DNA of 64,000 bases from Veleropilina oligotropha (lineage: Eukaryota): the NCBI GenBank assembly GCA_048128005.1, contig JBEUKZ010000049.1:1-64000 (forward strand). Direction: 5' to 3'. Made by a program: the position numbers and the translations under genes. Positions 60,612-64,000 of this stretch are shown one piece after another (the first letter of the stretch is position 1; every line of letters begins with the position of its first letter). Below the pieces are notes generated by a model. The model saw only the letters and a list, made by a program, of their open reading frames with translations, was not told the DNA's origin and searched no databases.

Positions 60612-63600
60612 TTTGATTTGATTTGATGTTTAACGACCACGCCGACATTATTTCAGTCATAATCGGGTCAATAAAATAGAAATGATCGTGATTGGTATAT
60701 TTACAGGTTAAAATATATAAATATCGATAAAAAGGCAAGTAAAACAATGTAAATTTAGATAAAAACAAAGCAATAAAATAAAATGCTAGTGATGATAAAA
60801 TGATAAAATGGTTGATAAAAACAAGTATAATAATAAAAAACAAAATCTGAAATTTGTGAAATAAATACTATTAAAAATAAAATATAAATTATAACTTGTA
60901 GAAAATATTTACTTGTTTTAAAAACTCGAATAAAGCTTCGAGCTGTTTAATTGTTAGGGCACATGCACAAGGAATACACTCAGGTGGAAGCTCCCCCTTA
61001 AGCAGGTAGCAGTGAGTGTAGTGGGAATGCCCAATTCTCAGTCTAGCTAAGACAACCTCTTCGCGGCGAATGTTCCTGTAAGATGGAACCCATTCGCCAA
61101 GAAGAGGCTTGATTGCATGCAATTTATTCCTTCACTTCACTCCAAGAGTGCTGCCAAGTAGTATTTATATATTTGTTTGTTTTGTTTAAAATCAGAGTGG
61201 GGTAATTTACAATTTAGTGTATGGTTAAGATGTGAGGCTGCCTTGGCAGCTTGGTCAGCCTTCTCATTGCCTTGGATACCAATGTGACTTGGTATCCAGC
61301 ATAAAATAATGTCATTATAGGGTAAAAGATTGTTATACTGTATTAAAACATCATAAATAAGAGGGTTTCTATTCATCTCCCTCAATGCTTGCAAGCTAGA
61401 GAGGGAGTCTGAATAGATAATAAAACGCCTATTAACACTAGTTGATATAAAATTGAGTGCAAGTTCGATTGCCTTTAGTTCCGCAGTAAATATAGTCGCG
61501 CTGCCTGGCAGACGGTTTTGAAAACATCGTCTGCCAGTGACAGCGGCTGCTCCTACTAATTCTGCATCTTTTGAACCATCTGTATATATACTTGCACGAT
61601 CTGAATATTTTAATTTCAGATCGTGCAATTTTGTGAGATAATCTGTTGTGTCTGTATTTGATTTTTTGAGTGATGTAAGATCTAGGTCAATTTCCGGTAC
61701 TTTTAGTGTCCATGGTGGAGTATCCGGAATGTAATTTGTTTTAATTTGATCTATATTTATGTTTGACTTTTCTAGTGCTGGTTTGATGCGAATGCCTAAT
61801 GGTGCAATTTTGTTTGGTTTTGCCTGAAACAGAATTTCGTAGTTAGGTGTAAATACAGTTTCGAAAGCTGGATTAGATGGATTTGATTTTAATTTAATTA
61901 CATACTGCAGTGAAAGTTTTTCGCGTCTATGTGTAAGTGATGGTTCGTTTGCTTCGACATAAAGGTTTTCCATGGGTGATGTACGGAAAGCCCCTAATGC
62001 AAGTCGAAGCCCTTGATTATGGATTGGATCAAGCATTTTAAGTTAAGAATGGCGAGCAGAGCCATATACAATGCTCCCGTAATCAAGTTTTGATCTAATT
62101 AAGGATCTATATAATCGGAGTAAAACTTTTTTATCAGCACCCCATTCAGTATTAGAAACTACTTTCATTAAATTTAAAGCTTTCTGACATTTAGCTTTAA
62201 TATATTTGATATGAGGTATGAAAGTCAGTTTGCGGTCAAATATAAGGCCTAAAAATTTTAATTGGTCCACCACTGGAATCTCGAATTCATCCAGTTTCAG
62301 CACAGGGTCGTCGTGTATTTCACGACGCTGGCAAAAGTGCATGCATTTAGTTTTGTCCTTTGATAATTTAAATCCATTCTCATCGGACCATATCTGTAAT
62401 TTATTTAGGCCATGTTGTAACTGGCGTTCTATACTGTTCATATTTGTTGAACGATAGCAAATGCCAAAATCGTCAACAAATAATGAACAGTCAGTGCCAG
62501 TACTAATACATTTGACGATACTGTTTATTTTAATACTGAATAGGGTGACTGATAAAATACTTCCTTGAGGGACACCCATCTCCTGGTCGTGAAGGTCGGA
62601 GAGGGTGTCACCCACCTTGACTTTAAAAATTCGGTCCTCAAGGAATTTTGAGATAAAAGTGGGCAAGTTGCCCTTTAAGCCAAAATCAAACAAATCTTTC
62701 ATAATCCCGTACTTCCATGTAGTATCGTAGGCCTTCTCTAGATCGAAAAAAACAGCAACTAAGTGTTGTCTGTTTAAGAAGGCCTCACGAACAAAAGTTT
62801 CCAGACGTACCAAATGATCAATTGTGCTCCGGTTCCTACGGAATCCACTTTGATATTCTGTTAATAAATTATTGGATTCAAGATACCAAACTAATCTCTC
62901 GTTTATCATCCGTTCCATGGTTTTACAAATACAACTCGTCAGAGCTATAGGTCGATAACTGTTTGCATGCGATGGATCTTTCCCTGCCTTGGGAACTGGA
63001 ATAACGGTAGCTTCCCTCCATGCGGATGGGAAGATTCCAGTTTCCCAAATGGTATTGAATAATGCAAGGAGAGTTGCAAGTGATGTTTCAGGTAAGTGCT
63101 TTAGTAACTGATAGTGTATATCATCAGGACCAGCTGATGTGTCATGTGCCTTGTTTAGTGAATCTGTGAGTTCTTTGCGTGTAAATGGTTGATTGTATGA
63201 TACAGAATTGTTAGATCTAAAGTTTAGCCTTGTTTTTTCCTTTTGATGTTTGAAACGGGTAAATTTTGGTGTACAGTTATCGGATGATGAATTGCCAGAA
63301 AATGTATCTGCCAAAGTATTTGCAATGTCTTTAGCTGAGGTTGCTTCTGAGGTGTTTGTTTTAATGTGCTTGATGCAGTTGGGTATATGTTTGCCGCTGA
63401 TTTTACGGATCATATCCCATGTCTTTTTAATAGTGGAACGAGAGTTTAGTTTGGTAACATAGGAATGCCAGGATTCCCTTTTGCTTTGTTTGATGGTACG
63501 TCTGGCTTTTGCCCTTAGTAGCCTATAGCTATTAAGGTTTTGTAGTGTTGGGTGCTGTTTAAATGTTGAAATTGCATGTATGCGTGCTTTGATTGCTTGT

Positions 63601-64000
63601 CTGCAGTCTTCATTAAACCACGGTTTACTTTTGTGTTTTGCATTTGGACAGGTCTTTGGAATTGAGAGTGTTGCAATGTCATGTAATGTCGTAGAGAAAC
63701 TTGATATTGGGTCATCGCCATTAGTGAAGTTGTTTGAGTATAATTGGTCTTCGCAAAGGGATTGGAATCTTGGCCAATCAGCTTTGTAAAGTTTCCACCT
63801 TTCAGTGTATGTTTGTGCTTGGTTAATTGTGCTTTCCAGGAAAATTGGAAAGTGGTCGCTTCCGCGGAGGTCCTCACCAACTTTCCAAGTAAAGTCCAGG
63901 AAAGCAGATGGGTCGCACATGGTAAGGTCAATGGTGGTAAGTGAGCCTGTAGGTGGATGCATGTATGTTGGCGATTTGGTAGTATTAAATAAACACAGAT
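60612..64000 (-). mobile_element. LINE copy H (divergent subfamily), runs off the window
   Basis: Tail at 60612; ORF2 pieces 60889-61122, 61137-62036 and 62043-63962; 3' UTR similar to copy D. Confidence 0.93.

Overview
Eukaryotic (invertebrate-type, AT-rich) repeat-dense DNA with no intact host gene. 1-19.4 kb: about 2.4 near-identical tandem copies (period 8308, then 7996 bp) of a patchwork unit. The unit holds a Helentron-type non-autonomous element, a maT/Tc1-mariner transposon, the 3' part of an I-group (Nimb-like) LINE, an unidentified degenerate ORF, a myosin-II-like exon, a 35-39 bp minisatellite, a Polinton/adintovirus-like minor capsid fragment, a SINE and orphan exons. 16.2-27.2 kb: the undeleted form of that arrangement plus a 54-56 bp hairpin satellite. 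27.2-64 kb: a nested stack of the same RNase H-bearing LINE inserted into itself and into the minisatellite, with most junctions resolved by TSDs. The stack also contains an intact-looking two-gene Harbinger, a near full-length L1/Tx1 and a small Helitron. Main observations: (i) every retroelement is on the minus strand while orphan exons are on the plus strand, as expected of a uni-strand piRNA cluster or of homology-biased targeting; (ii) two self-insertions end at the position homologous to their own target site; (iii) two insertions hit the same phase of the minisatellite; (iv) the LINE 5' UTR is highly structured. All calls were made by eye; no database search was run.
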